DNA of 64,000 nucleotides from contig OY970325.1 in NCBI GenBank assembly GCA_963717145.1, positions 3,584,001 through 3,648,000 of the forward strand, written 5' to 3'. Positions 1 through 9,384 of the stretch are shown here, in pieces. The stretch's first letter is position 1; each line of letters starts with the position of its first letter. A program made the position numbers and the translations under genes. The notes below the pieces were generated by a model that did no database searches, had not been told where the DNA came from, and saw nothing but the letters and a program-made list of their open reading frames with translations. The DNA is from an uncultured Armatimonadetes bacterium (GTDB taxonomy: Bacteria > Armatimonadota > UBA5829 > DTJY01).

Positions 1-88
1 CATTCTGAGCAACGTACCGCGCAGGAACGCGGTTGTTTCCACCAGAAGACGCCGTCTCCCTGCAAGGACTATTCTCCCAAATCACCCC

Positions 89-175
89 TACTGCGAGTTT
101 GCGAAGTCTAAGCTCGGCATCAAGGTGGTCTTCACCAGATCGGGGCAGATATCGGGACTCTGGTTTGTGGAATAG
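89..175 (+). pseudogene. C-terminal fragment of a DUF3887-like protein
   Basis: Translates YCEFAKSKLGIKVVFTRSGQISGLWFVE*, matching the CEF...F...SGL(W/F) end of the two downstream DUF3887-like domains; sequence upstream of 89 does not resemble the domain. Confidence 0.6.
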
Positions 176-208
176 ACATACAGACACTTCAGAGAGAAAG
201 GAAGGGCA

Positions 209-616
209 ATGAAGAGAAGTGCGAGGATGATAGGAAAAGCACTGCCGGCATTGATACTGGCGGTGGTCTTCGTGGCATCATGTGCGAAGCAGGGCCCTGA
301 TCAGATGGCTGAGGGCATAATCGACTCCATGACAAAGGGCAACTTCAAAGCCGCGGTCAAGGACTTCGACGCGACAATGATGTCCAAAATGCCTGCCTCC
401 AAGCTCGAACAGGCATGGTCGGTGCTGACGCAACAGATCGGACCGTTCAAGTCGCGCAAAGACACCCGTGAAGCTGAGGAGAAGGGGTCCAGGATAGTGT
501 ATATCACCTGCGAGTTCGAGAGAGTAAGCCTCGATGCGAAGATCGCGTTCGATGCGAGCGACAAGGTGAGCGGCCTGTTCTTCATCCCTCGTCCATCGGC
601 GCCAGAGGCCAAGTGA
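209..616 (+). CDS. DUF3887-like lipoprotein
   Basis: Signal peptide with lipobox (VASC); F..A...FD..M and CEFE...SGLFF motifs. Confidence 0.8.
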   Translation: MKRSARMIGKALPALILAVVFVASCAKQGPDQMAEGIIDSMTKGNFKAAVKDFDATMMSKMPASKLEQAWSVLTQQIGPFKSRKDTREAEEKGSRIVYITCEFERVSLDAKIAFDASDKVSGLFFIPRPSAPEAK

Positions 617-1989
617 CCATGACCAGGCGCCGGATCATGATACTGCTGTTGTTCGCCGGACTCGCGGCATGTGTCACGCACTGTGCTCATCCCAAGGGGA
701 GTGCGGCCGGGGATGACAGGACCATGTCTGGCAGGGAGTTCGTCCAACTGCTGGCCGACGGAAGATTCTCCAACGCAACCGCCCGGTTCGATGATACCAT
801 GAAGAAGGCCATGTCCACGGCACAGTTGGAGCAGATGTGGCAGACCCTCATCCGGCAGAAGGGGAGCTTCCAGGGCATAGTCGGCGCTCAGCGCGGCCAA
901 AAAGGCGGATACGATCTCGTGGACGTGACCTGCGAGTTTGCGAACGGCAAGCTGAATCTGCAGGTGGTGTTCGATTCCGCCGGGCGGGTTTCCGGCCTGT
1001 GGATTCAGCCGGCAACTGACGGAGCGAGCGCGGTGACTCCCGAGTACACCCCGCCCGCATACGTACAGAGGGATCGGTTTGAGGAGAAGGAGATCACCGT
1101 CGGCCAGGGCGGGGAGTGGGCACTCCCCGGCACGCTCACGATCCCGAAAGGCAAGGGACCATTCCCGGCGGTGGTGCTGGTTCACGGATCGGGGCCGAAT
1201 GGCCGGGATGAGACACTCGGCCCCAACAAGCCGTTTCGCGACATCGCCTGGGGTCTCGCGTCGAAAGGGATCGCCGTCCTGCGATACGACAAGCGCACGA
1301 AGGTCCACGCGCCTCGGATGGCCGGCATGGTGGACACGCTCACCGTGAAAGAGGAGGTCATCGATGATGCCCTGGCGGCGGTCGCACTCGCGCGCAAGTC
1401 GGATCGCATCGACACAAACAAGGTCTTCGTGCTCGGTCACAGTCTCGGCGGCATGGTCGCCCCTCGGATCGGAAAGGCCGACCCGAAGATCGCAGGGCTG
1501 ATCGTCCTGGCGGGCCCGACTCGGCCCTTCGAGGACATTATTCTGGAGCAGATGACGTACATCTATTCGCTTCAGGGGACAATGAGCGCTGAGGCGAAGA
1601 AGGAGATCGAGAAGTTGAAGCAGCAGGTGGCGAACGTCAAGAGCCCGAAGCTCACGCCGAAGACGCCTGCTTCGACGCTCCCGCTCGGAGTCCCCGCCCC
1701 GTACTGGCTCGATCTGCGGGGGTATCAGCCGGCAGAGATGGCAAGATCGCTCATGCAGACGATGCTGATACTCCAGGGCGGGCGTGACTACCAGGTCACC
1801 GAGGCCGACTTCAAGGACTGGAAGGCGGCGCTCTCTTCCCGGAAGGATGTGACCTTCAAACTCTACCCGGACCTGAACCACCTGTTCATGACCGGCAAGG
1901 GCAAGGCCGTTCCCGCAGAGTACAACAACCCCGGCTTCGTATCTGAGACTGTGGTGAATGACGTCGCAAACTGGATCAAGCAGCGCTGA
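613..1989 (+). CDS. Secreted alpha/beta hydrolase with N-terminal DUF3887-like domain
   Basis: HGSGP, RYDKR, GHSLGG nucleophile elbow, QGGRDYQV and LNHLF catalytic Asp/His motifs. Confidence 0.9.
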   Translation: MTMTRRRIMILLLFAGLAACVTHCAHPKGSAAGDDRTMSGREFVQLLADGRFSNATARFDDTMKKAMSTAQLEQMWQTLIRQKGSFQGIVGAQRGQKGGYDLVDVTCEFANGKLNLQVVFDSAGRVSGLWIQPATDGASAVTPEYTPPAYVQRDRFEEKEITVGQGGEWALPGTLTIPKGKGPFPAVVLVHGSGPNGRDETLGPNKPFRDIAWGLASKGIAVLRYDKRTKVHAPRMAGMVDTLTVKEEVIDDALAAVALARKSDRIDTNKVFVLGHSLGGMVAPRIGKADPKIAGLIVLAGPTRPFEDIILEQMTYIYSLQGTMSAEAKKEIEKLKQQVANVKSPKLTPKTPASTLPLGVPAPYWLDLRGYQPAEMARSLMQTMLILQGGRDYQVTEADFKDWKAALSSRKDVTFKLYPDLNHLFMTGKGKAVPAEYNNPGFVSETVVNDVANWIKQR

Positions 1990-2020
1990 TCGGGCGTGCA
2001 GGAATGGCTTCCGGAATCGT

Positions 2021-2034
2021 CGAACATACATTCG
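2021..2034. promoter_or_regulatory. Putative LexA (SOS) box
   Basis: CGAACATACATTCG, one mismatch to CGAAC-N4-GTTCG, upstream of a DNA-repair helicase. Confidence 0.55.
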
Positions 2035-2039
2035 GGAGA

Positions 2040-2110
2040 GGGAAATGGTTGATGGTTCATGGTTGATGGGGGATCAGTCCGCCATTAACCATCAGCCATC
2101 AACCATTCCC
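2040..2110. repeat. Inverted heptamer-array element (ATGGTTG)n...(CAACCAT)n
   Basis: GGGAAATGGTTGATGGTTCATGGTTGATGG...CCATTAACCATCAGCCATCAACCATTCCC. Confidence 0.9.
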
Positions 2111-2111
2111 T

Positions 2112-4646
2112 ATGGGGTTTGCCGTGGATTTCACCGATTTTCTGCACAGGATAACACACTCGCGGCGATATGAGGGGCAGGTCGTCCACATACACCACAT
2201 CCCGAGGCGGGAGGCGGCTTTCGGCTACCTGTCCGAGCCGCTGTCGCCCGAACTCACCTCGGCGCTCGGGCAGATGGGCATCGAGAGACTTTATACCCAC
2301 CAGGTGGAGGCGATCGAAGCGATCCGGCGCGGGGAGAGCGTCGTCACCGTCACCGGCACCGCGAGCGGGAAGACCCTCTGTTACAACATCCCCGTGCTGG
2401 AAAGCCTGCTGGGAGAGTGTGGGAGTATGGGAGTGTGGGAGTATGGGAGTCCGGCTACTCCCACACTCCCACACTCCCATACTCCCACACGTCCGTCAAC
2501 CGCTTTCTACCTTTTCCCGACGAAGGCCCTGGCGCAGGATCAGCTTCGGGGACTGAGACGATACGCCGAGCTGGAACCGGCGCTCGCGGGTGTGATGAAG
2601 GCCGGCTGCTATGACGGCGATACCCCGCCCACGACGCGCAAGAAGCTCCGGGACGAGGCGAGCATCATCCTCACGAACCCGGATATGCTCCACCAGGGCA
2701 TCCTTCCATATCACACGCGATGGAGCAAGTTCTTCTCCAACCTGCGCTACGTGGTGATCGACGAGATCCACAGCTACCGTGGCATATTCGGCTCGAACGT
2801 GGCGAACGTCATCAGGCGGCTGAACCGCGTCTGCGAGTTCTATGGAGTCAGGCCGCAGTTCGTCTGCTCGTCGGCCACCATCGCGAACCCGAAGGAACTC
2901 GCCGAGAAGCTGATCGGCCGTCCGATGACCCTGGTGAACGACGACGGCTCACCCCGTGGGGAGAAGCAGTTCGTCCTGTGGAATCCGCCGATCATCGATG
3001 TCGGCGGGATGGAACGCCGAAGCTCGAACGTGGAGGCGCAGGACCTGATGGTGACGCTGATGAAGAGCGGCGTGCGGACGATCACCTTCGGGAAGGCGCG
3101 CGTCGTCGCGGAACTGATGTACAAGTACGTCCGGGATGCGCTCCCGAGACAGCTTCAGGACAAAGTGCGCCCATACCGGGGCGGATACCTGCCCGAGGAG
3201 CGCCGGGAGATCGAACGCCAGCTCTTCTCCGGCGAACTGATGGGCATCACCAGTACGAACGCGCTCGAACTCGGCATCGATGTCGGCGGGCTCGATGCGT
3301 CGATCATCATCGGCTTTCCGGGGACGATTGCGAGCGTCTGGCAGCAGGCGGGTCGCGCCGGTCGCGGCACGGAGGACTCGCTCGTTGTCTTCGTCGCGTA
3401 CAACGATCCGATCGATCAGTATCTCGTGCGGCGGCCTGAGTACTTCTTCGGCCAGTCGCCGGAGAGCGCGGTGATCGACCCGGAGAACCCTTATGTCCTG
3501 GCGCATCATCTGAAGTGCGCGGCCTTCGAGTTGCCGCTGAAGGAGCACGATTCACGCTCGTTCGGCGGAGGCATGGCGCCGATCGCCGAAATCCTCGAGG
3601 ACTCGGGTGACTTCAAGCAGATCGGCGACACGTACTACTACTCGAGCACGGAGTTTCCTGCTAAGGGCGTCAACCTGCGCACCATCTCCGATAACACCTT
3701 CGTCATTGCGGAGGTCGAGGGCGACCTACAGGAGGCCAAGGCAAAGGACACTCCGACAGACGAGAAGTTCAATCCAAGGTCCCTTCCCTCCGGCAGTCGA
3801 GTGATTGGCCAGGTGGACTCGATCAGCGCGCCGGAACTCGTTTACCCGCAGGCGATCTACATGCAGCAGGGCGAGACCTATTTCGTCGAGGACCTCGATC
3901 TCGTGAACCGAGTCGCCTATGTCCGCCGCGCCGAGGTCGACTACTATACGAACGCCATTTTGGATTCGTCGATACGAGTGGGGAGTATGGGAGTGTGGGG
4001 GTATGGGAGTATGGGGGAATCAGAGACTCCCATACCCCCACACTCCCACACTCCCGTACAGCCGCAACAGAAGATGTGGGGCAGCAGCACAGTGTGTTGC
4101 GGCTCAGCGACGGTCACCTGGGCGACGACCGGCTTCAAGAAGATCAAGTTCTACAGCCTGGACAGCATCGGGTACGGCAAGGTCGATATCCCAGCGCAGC
4201 ACCTGGAGACGATGGCGATGTGGATCATCCCGCCTGTCGAGCTGATCGCTGAGATTCGCAGGAGTGGCCGCAACCCGATCGAGGGGCTGATGGGCATCCG
4301 GAACCTGGCGGTCCACGCGCTCCCGCTCTTCGCGATGTGCGACACGGAGGACATCGGAGGGGTCGTCGACAGCTCGAACACCGGGTCGCCGACCGTCTTC
4401 CTCTACGACCGCTATACCGGCGGCATAGGGTTCGCCGAGACGGGGTACGAAAAGGTCGAAGACTTGATGCGGACCTGCCTGCAGATGGTCGAGGAATGCG
4501 GCTGTGAGGACGGATGCCCGTCGTGCGTCGGCATCCCGACTCTCCGGCCCGCGATCCACACCGACCCGGATATCTTCGGCTCGTTCCCGATCCCGGACAA
4601 GCAGGCGGCGCTCACGATCCTGCGGCGGATGGTGGGCACTTCGTAG
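2112..4646 (+). CDS. DEAD/DEAH helicase with C-terminal DUF1998/Zn-binding domain (Hrq1/YprA-MrfA/SftH family)
   Basis: TGTASGKT, FPTKALAQDQ, TNPDMLH, DEIH, SATI, QQAGRAGR, C-terminal CGCEDGCPSC. Confidence 0.92.
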   Translation: MGFAVDFTDFLHRITHSRRYEGQVVHIHHIPRREAAFGYLSEPLSPELTSALGQMGIERLYTHQVEAIEAIRRGESVVTVTGTASGKTLCYNIPVLESLLGECGSMGVWEYGSPATPTLPHSHTPTRPSTAFYLFPTKALAQDQLRGLRRYAELEPALAGVMKAGCYDGDTPPTTRKKLRDEASIILTNPDMLHQGILPYHTRWSKFFSNLRYVVIDEIHSYRGIFGSNVANVIRRLNRVCEFYGVRPQFVCSSATIANPKELAEKLIGRPMTLVNDDGSPRGEKQFVLWNPPIIDVGGMERRSSNVEAQDLMVTLMKSGVRTITFGKARVVAELMYKYVRDALPRQLQDKVRPYRGGYLPEERREIERQLFSGELMGITSTNALELGIDVGGLDASIIIGFPGTIASVWQQAGRAGRGTEDSLVVFVAYNDPIDQYLVRRPEYFFGQSPESAVIDPENPYVLAHHLKCAAFELPLKEHDSRSFGGGMAPIAEILEDSGDFKQIGDTYYYSSTEFPAKGVNLRTISDNTFVIAEVEGDLQEAKAKDTPTDEKFNPRSLPSGSRVIGQVDSISAPELVYPQAIYMQQGETYFVEDLDLVNRVAYVRRAEVDYYTNAILDSSIRVGSMGVWGYGSMGESETPIPPHSHTPVQPQQKMWGSSTVCCGSATVTWATTGFKKIKFYSLDSIGYGKVDIPAQHLETMAMWIIPPVELIAEIRRSGRNPIEGLMGIRNLAVHALPLFAMCDTEDIGGVVDSSNTGSPTVFLYDRYTGGIGFAETGYEKVEDLMRTCLQMVEECGCEDGCPSCVGIPTLRPAIHTDPDIFGSFPIPDKQAALTILRRMVGTS
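2411..2490. repeat. Inverted octamer-array element (GGGAGTRT)n, in frame within helicase
   Basis: GGGAGTGT/GGGAGTAT units followed by ACACTCCC/ATACTCCC units. Confidence 0.9.
3976..4056. repeat. Second inverted octamer-array element in helicase
   Basis: GGGAGTATGGGAGTGTGGGGGTATGGGAGTAT...CATACCCCCACACTCCCACACTCCC. Confidence 0.9.
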
Positions 4647-4688
4647 GGAACGTGCCCGAGTCTGAGGTCTACCTGAGGGAGGTTCACC

Positions 4689-4862
4689 ATGCAGAGCACA
4701 AAGCGAATCCTTGGAGCATTGCTCGGCAGCGTGGTGTGAGCGGCATTCGTGTACGCGGTCTGCGTATACTGGCCTTTCCACCTACCGCAACGCACCGGCC
4801 TGATCATCGGCGGGCTCGTCTTCCTGCTTGCATTCGTCTCCAGCCTGCTCAAGCGGAAGTAG
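4689..4862 (+). pseudogene. Small two-TM membrane protein with in-frame TGA at 4737-4739
   Basis: GGAGG RBS; MQSTKRILGALLGSVV*AAFVYAVCVYWPFHLPQRTGLIIGGLVFLLAFVSSLLKRK. Confidence 0.55.
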
Positions 4863-4897
4863 TCGAGATTGACGATGCCGCCCACATCTGATAGACT

Positions 4898-4999
4898 CTT
4901 TGGAGTGCGTTGGGAGGGCGAAGCTCCGTCTGAGCCGCCTCTTTCTGTGCCGACCGGGGCGGCTCAGACGGAGCTTCGCCCTCCCAACGCACTCCAAAG
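4898..4999. repeat. REP-like long inverted repeat
   Basis: CTTTGGAGTGCGTTGGGAGGGCGAAGCTCCGTCTGAGCCGCC arm and its reverse complement. Confidence 0.85.
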
Positions 5000-5016
5000 T
5001 CGAAGGGGGTCACGAA

Positions 5017-6046
5017 ATGCAGGGAGACGACAAGGGGACGATCCGCAATGTCGATCAGCTCGAGGAGATGCTGAGCGAGCCGACGCAGGGTGTCATCGAC
5101 GCGCTCGGCCGCATCGACGGTGACATTCTGATCCTCGGTGTCGGCGGCAAGATGGGGCCGACGCTCGCTCGTATGGCAAAGCGCGCCGTCGGAGATCGCC
5201 GGGTCATCGGCGTCGACATATTCCCGAACGCCGAGATGCAGTCACGCATCGAGTCGTTCGGGATCGAGACGATCAAGTGCAATCTCCTGGATCCCGACCA
5301 GCTCAACGGTCTCCCGGACGCGAAAAACGTCGTTTTCATGGTCGGCATGAAGTTCGGCTCGACCGGCCAGGAGGCGCTGACCTGGGCGATGAACGCATTT
5401 CTCCCCGGCATGGTGGCGCTCAAGTATCGGAACAGCCGCATCGTGGTCTTCTCGACCGGCAACATCTACGGCCTTGCGCCGGTCCTCCGCGGCGGATCCG
5501 TCGAGACCGACACCCTGAACCCGATCGGCGATTATGCCACGAGCGCACTCGGTCGCGAGCGGATCTTCGAGCACTTCAGCCGCACCTACGGCATCCCGAC
5601 AACCATCATTCGCCTGAACTACGCGATCGACATGCGATACGGCGTGCTGTTCGATATCGCGCAGAAGGTCCTGGCAGGCGAGACAATCGATGTCACGATG
5701 GGCAACGCCAACGTCATCTGGCAGGGCGACGCCAACGCCATGATCCTCCAGTCGTTCAGTGTCGCCGCGACGCCTCCATTCGTGGCTGAACGTCGCCGGC
5801 CCCGAGTTGCTCAGCATCCGTCGGGTCGCCGAGCAGTTCGGCGAGATCATGGGCAAGCCGGTCGCACTCGCGGGATGCGAGTCCCCGGACGGCATCCTCA
5901 GCAACGGGCAACTCGGCCACAAGCTGTTCGGCTACCCGAAAGTCCCCGTCCGCCGGATGATGGGCTGGATCGCCGACTGGGTGATGTCCGGCGGCGCGAG
6001 CCTCGGGAAGCCGACACATTTCGAAAGTCGCGATGGGAAGTTTTAG
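5017..6046 (+). CDS. NAD-dependent epimerase/dehydratase (frameshift near 5780)
   Basis: GVGGKMG Rossmann motif, FSTGNIY, RLNYA; C-terminus NVAGPE...KPTHFESRDGKF lies in another frame. Confidence 0.85.
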
Positions 6047-6128
6047 GGGAATGGGGGATGGTTGATGGTTTATGGTTAATGGGGTCCGGCTCCCATCAAC
6101 CATCAACCATCAACCATCCCCCATTCCC
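6046..6128. repeat. Inverted heptamer-array element
   Basis: GGGGAATGGGGGATGGTTGATGGTTTATGGTTAATGG...CCATCAACCATCAACCATCAACCATCCCCCATTCCC. Confidence 0.9.
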
Positions 6129-6139
6129 GAGAAGATAAC

Positions 6140-7192
6140 ATGCTGTCTCCCAAAGTGAGGCGAGTCTTGGAGCGGGGGGGCGTGATACCGGCGAGTCCGC
6201 TGGCGCTCACGGCCGAACGGAAGCTCGATGAGCGCAGGCAGAGGGCGCTTTGCCGCTACTACATCGCCGCCGGTTCCGGTGGATTGGCGATCGGCGTGCA
6301 CACCACTCAGTTTGCGATTCGAGAGCCGCAGTTCGGGCTCTTCCGGCCCGTCCTCGAACTGGCCGCGGAGGAGATGGATCGCGCAGATGCCGATCGCCCG
6401 GAGCCGCTCGTCCGAATCGCGGGCATCTGCGGGCGGACCGAGCAGGCGACCGGCGAGGCATTCCTGGCCGCCGAACTGGGGTACTGCGCCGGGCTCCTCA
6501 GCCTGGCCGCGATGAAGGACGCCGACATCGACGACCTGATCGAGCACTGCGAGGCCGTCGCGGATATCATTCCCATCGTCGGATTCTACCTCCAGCCGGC
6601 GGTCGGCGGGCGGGTGCTCCCATACTCGTTCTGGCGGCGGTTCTTCGAGATCCCGAACGTCGTCGCCGTGAAGATCGCCCCGTTCAACCGCTATCAGACG
6701 GTCGACGTCATCCGCGCATTGGCCGAGTCGGGCCGGGACGACATCGCCATCTACACAGGCAACGACGACAACATCGTGATGGACCTGTTGACTCCCCACC
6801 GGTTCGGCGTCGAACAGATCGAGCGCCGGATCGTCGGCGGGCTGCTCGGCCACTGGTCGGTTTGGACGAAGAGAGCGGTGGAGTTGCTCGAGGAGTGTCA
6901 TTTGCTGGTGGATGGCGGCGGAGTTGTGCCTGAGGAGATGATGCGGAGGGCGATAGAGGTCACGGATTCGAATGCGGCGTTCTTCGATGCGGCAAATGGA
7001 TTCGCGGGGTGCATCGCGGGGTTGCACGAGGTCTTGCGGCGTCAGGGTCTGCTCGAGGGCATCTGGTGTCTCGATCCGCATGAGACGCTCAGCCCCGGTC
7101 AGGCCCAGGAGATCGACCGGGTCTACGCAGCCTACCCTCACCTCAACGACGATTCCTTCGTCGCCCAGCACCTCGACGAGTGGCTCTCTTGA
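6140..7192 (+). CDS. Dihydrodipicolinate synthase-family aldolase/lyase
   Basis: GVHTTQF, FYLQPAVGG, KIAPFNRY, YTGNDD motifs; adjacent to the epimerase. Confidence 0.85.
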   Translation: MLSPKVRRVLERGGVIPASPLALTAERKLDERRQRALCRYYIAAGSGGLAIGVHTTQFAIREPQFGLFRPVLELAAEEMDRADADRPEPLVRIAGICGRTEQATGEAFLAAELGYCAGLLSLAAMKDADIDDLIEHCEAVADIIPIVGFYLQPAVGGRVLPYSFWRRFFEIPNVVAVKIAPFNRYQTVDVIRALAESGRDDIAIYTGNDDNIVMDLLTPHRFGVEQIERRIVGGLLGHWSVWTKRAVELLEECHLLVDGGGVVPEEMMRRAIEVTDSNAAFFDAANGFAGCIAGLHEVLRRQGLLEGIWCLDPHETLSPGQAQEIDRVYAAYPHLNDDSFVAQHLDEWLS

Positions 7193-7207
7193 TCCCCTGA
7201 CCCACAG

Positions 7208-7314
7208 AAAAGAAAAACCCGGCCGATGGGTTCGACCGGGCTGAAACTTGTGCCGGTAGCCAACCGGCTGATCTTGCCACGAAAGGAAAGAAGAAAACTC
7301 TTGGAATCACCCGA
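7208..7314 (-). ncRNA. Candidate sigma54-dependent small RNA
   Basis: -24/-12 promoter at 7325-7340, internal hairpin GCCGGT-TGGCT-ACCGGC, intrinsic terminator 7208-7240, no credible ORF. Confidence 0.5.
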
Positions 7315-7324
7315 GAGATATACT

Positions 7325-7340
7325 TGCAAGAATCATGCCA
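7325..7340 (-). promoter_or_regulatory. sigma54 (-24/-12) promoter
   Basis: TGGCATGATTCTTGCA on minus strand (GG-N10-GC); identical 16-mer at 21537-21552. Confidence 0.7.
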
Positions 7341-7463
7341 TTCATCTTGCCTACTAACCAATTCCCCTGAACTTTTTTTCTCAAACCCCAACTTTCGGAG
7401 GATCTCCAGGCACTATTGGGAGGCCGGGATTATCATCTAGTGATATGCCTGAGCGTGAATGGG

Positions 7464-8327
7464 TTACTTCGACGCCAGGTTGACTGAGAAATTCAGGTGC
7501 GCTCGGACCGCAACCTGTCCGCCCTGTTTGCCATCGGTCACGTCCGCGTCCATCTGCATGTCTATCGTCCCCTCGGAGCGGATGATGCGGCCCCTCTCGA
7601 CGGAGAAGTACGTCGTCACGTCGCCCACGACCAGCGCCTTGAGGTTGCCGTCGATCGGCAGCTTGGTGTCCGCCACTCGACCGGCCAACTCCGCCAACTG
7701 CGCGAGCGGTAGATCCATATTGCCGCTCAATTCCTGTTTGATGACGGAGACCACATAGCTGCCGAGCTTGCTCCTCTCGGCGGTGAGCTTCGATCTCTGC
7801 TCCACGCCGATGCCCATCGGGAGGTTCATCGTGTCAGTCCAGTAGTCGCCGACGTTCAGCGGCTGGCCGGGAAGCAGGATGTACTGCGTCATTCCGCTGT
7901 TTCCGAGTTGCAGACCACCGAATAGACCGCCCGGCTGGCCGGGGGTGGTGACGCGGGTCGAGGGTCCGTACTTCGACACCAGGCCCGTCATCGGCGGGAT
8001 CTTGCCGAGGGGTAGTTTCCTCGTCTGGTTGCCGATAGTCATTGTCATCGATTCGATCGTATCGACAAGCTCGACGTCGCCGTCCGGAAGCATTCGCCCG
8101 GTCTTCTGCTTGACAATGCCCACCATCTTGATGTGCATCGGTGGGATCTGAGGGGCTTCCGGCGCGCTGATCGCCATCGCGACATCCATGTCCACGACTA
8201 TCTTGTGGCGGACCACCTCGCCCGGGGTGAACTTGTACTGCAGGTCCACCGCGCCCGACGCGTCGGTACCGGCGATGAGAAGTGTTGCCAGGCAGGCAAG
8301 TACTACGAAAAACACTCTACGTACCAT
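7464..8327 (-). CDS. Secreted hypothetical protein
   Basis: Signal peptide, LQYKFTPG start of mature beta-rich domain, GGAGG RBS. Confidence 0.75.
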   Translation of the reverse strand: MVRRVFFVVLACLATLLIAGTDASGAVDLQYKFTPGEVVRHKIVVDMDVAMAISAPEAPQIPPMHIKMVGIVKQKTGRMLPDGDVELVDTIESMTMTIGNQTRKLPLGKIPPMTGLVSKYGPSTRVTTPGQPGGLFGGLQLGNSGMTQYILLPGQPLNVGDYWTDTMNLPMGIGVEQRSKLTAERSKLGSYVVSVIKQELSGNMDLPLAQLAELAGRVADTKLPIDGNLKALVVGDVTTYFSVERGRIIRSEGTIDMQMDADVTDGKQGGQVAVRAHLNFSVNLASK

Positions 8328-8359
8328 TCATCCGACCTCCCCACGATCTGACATACGAC

Positions 8360-8408
8360 GGGCAGGTCTCGCCCTGCGGGTCGACGACCCGCAGGGCGAG
8401 ACCTGCCC
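8360..8408. repeat. REP-like hairpin
   Basis: GGGCAGGTCTCGCCCTGCGGGTCG-A-CGACCCGCAGGGCGAGACCTGCCC. Confidence 0.8.
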
Positions 8409-8492
8409 CTATCATCACTATGGTTATGTCACATTTCCGGGCAAACACTAATACCGGTTTTTCATCAGACCGGAGACTTCATCCGATCCCTG

Positions 8493-8840
8493 CTAGTCCT
8501 CGATGTAGTAGACCAGAAAGACTCCGGCGTTGCCGTAGTTCTTGGTCGCCGTGATCCCGTTCGGACATGCCACTGGGATGGGCACCATGATTCCGCCAAC
8601 CATGCTGGCGCCCGAGGTCTTCCACACCAGGATCGTGCTTCCGTCCGCAGACAGAGTCATCTGCGCCGACTCGCTGCCGGACTGGATGACCATTCCCACC
8701 AGGTGGACCGGGCCGGCGATCGCGCCCGTATCCGACAGTGCCGCCACCTTTGCCTCGGACGGCATGACGAGCAGTTCGCCCTTGCGAGTGGCGGTCACCT
8801 CCTGCGCCTGTTTCGTCGTTCGATTAGCTGCTGTGAGCAT
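8493..8840 (-). CDS. Phage-cluster hypothetical protein (115 aa), paralog of 10689-11036
   Basis: Starts MLTAANRTTKQAQEV after GGAGG RBS; same length and N-terminus as paralog. Confidence 0.7.
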   Translation of the reverse strand: MLTAANRTTKQAQEVTATRKGELLVMPSEAKVAALSDTGAIAGPVHLVGMVIQSGSESAQMTLSADGSTILVWKTSGASMVGGIMVPIPVACPNGITATKNYGNAGVFLVYYIED

Positions 8841-9267
8841 TGGTTGTCCTCCTAGAAGTCGTTCGTGATTCGTGTGCCATCTGGGCGAGAGTCCGACCGT
8901 TCCGCCATTGGACGTGCGGCCGGTCAGGGAACTTCGTCCAGTCGCCGCCCCATTCCAGCCCGCATTCCCCGGCGATCCGGCCGAAGACTCGCCAGGGACC
9001 GTTCCACGTGAGCTGCCCGCCGACCACGAACGCGTAGTCGGCGGCGAGTCCATGATTGTGCCAGGAGGAGCCGCCCCGGGCGTTCGTCACGATCCGGCCA
9101 GGGGCGGTCCGACCATGGGCGTAGAGGCGATTCTGCTCCTGAGCCGATCGGAATCCACAGGTCAGCTTGACGGAAATGCCGACCGCCTGCAGACGCCGCT
9201 CGAACTCCGCCAGCTTGTCTGCGAACTCCGGATCCAGCCCAGGATATGCGCGTTTCGAAGTTGTCAT
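8824..9267 (-). CDS. M15-family metallopeptidase (L-Ala-D-Glu endopeptidase-type endolysin)
   Basis: FRS..EQ..LY, VTNARGGSSWHNHGLAAD, LEWGGDW, DRPH motifs. Confidence 0.9.
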   Translation of the reverse strand: MTTSKRAYPGLDPEFADKLAEFERRLQAVGISVKLTCGFRSAQEQNRLYAHGRTAPGRIVTNARGGSSWHNHGLAADYAFVVGGQLTWNGPWRVFGRIAGECGLEWGGDWTKFPDRPHVQWRNGRTLAQMAHESRTTSRRTTNAHSS

Positions 9268-9384
9268 AGTTCATCCTCTCAGGAAAGCAGGAAAGCAGGA
9301 ACGGAAAGAACGGGGGAATGGGAGATTGGGAGATCCGGGATCGCCCTTTCACCCTTTCCCCCACTCTCCCATTCACGCTGTGTT

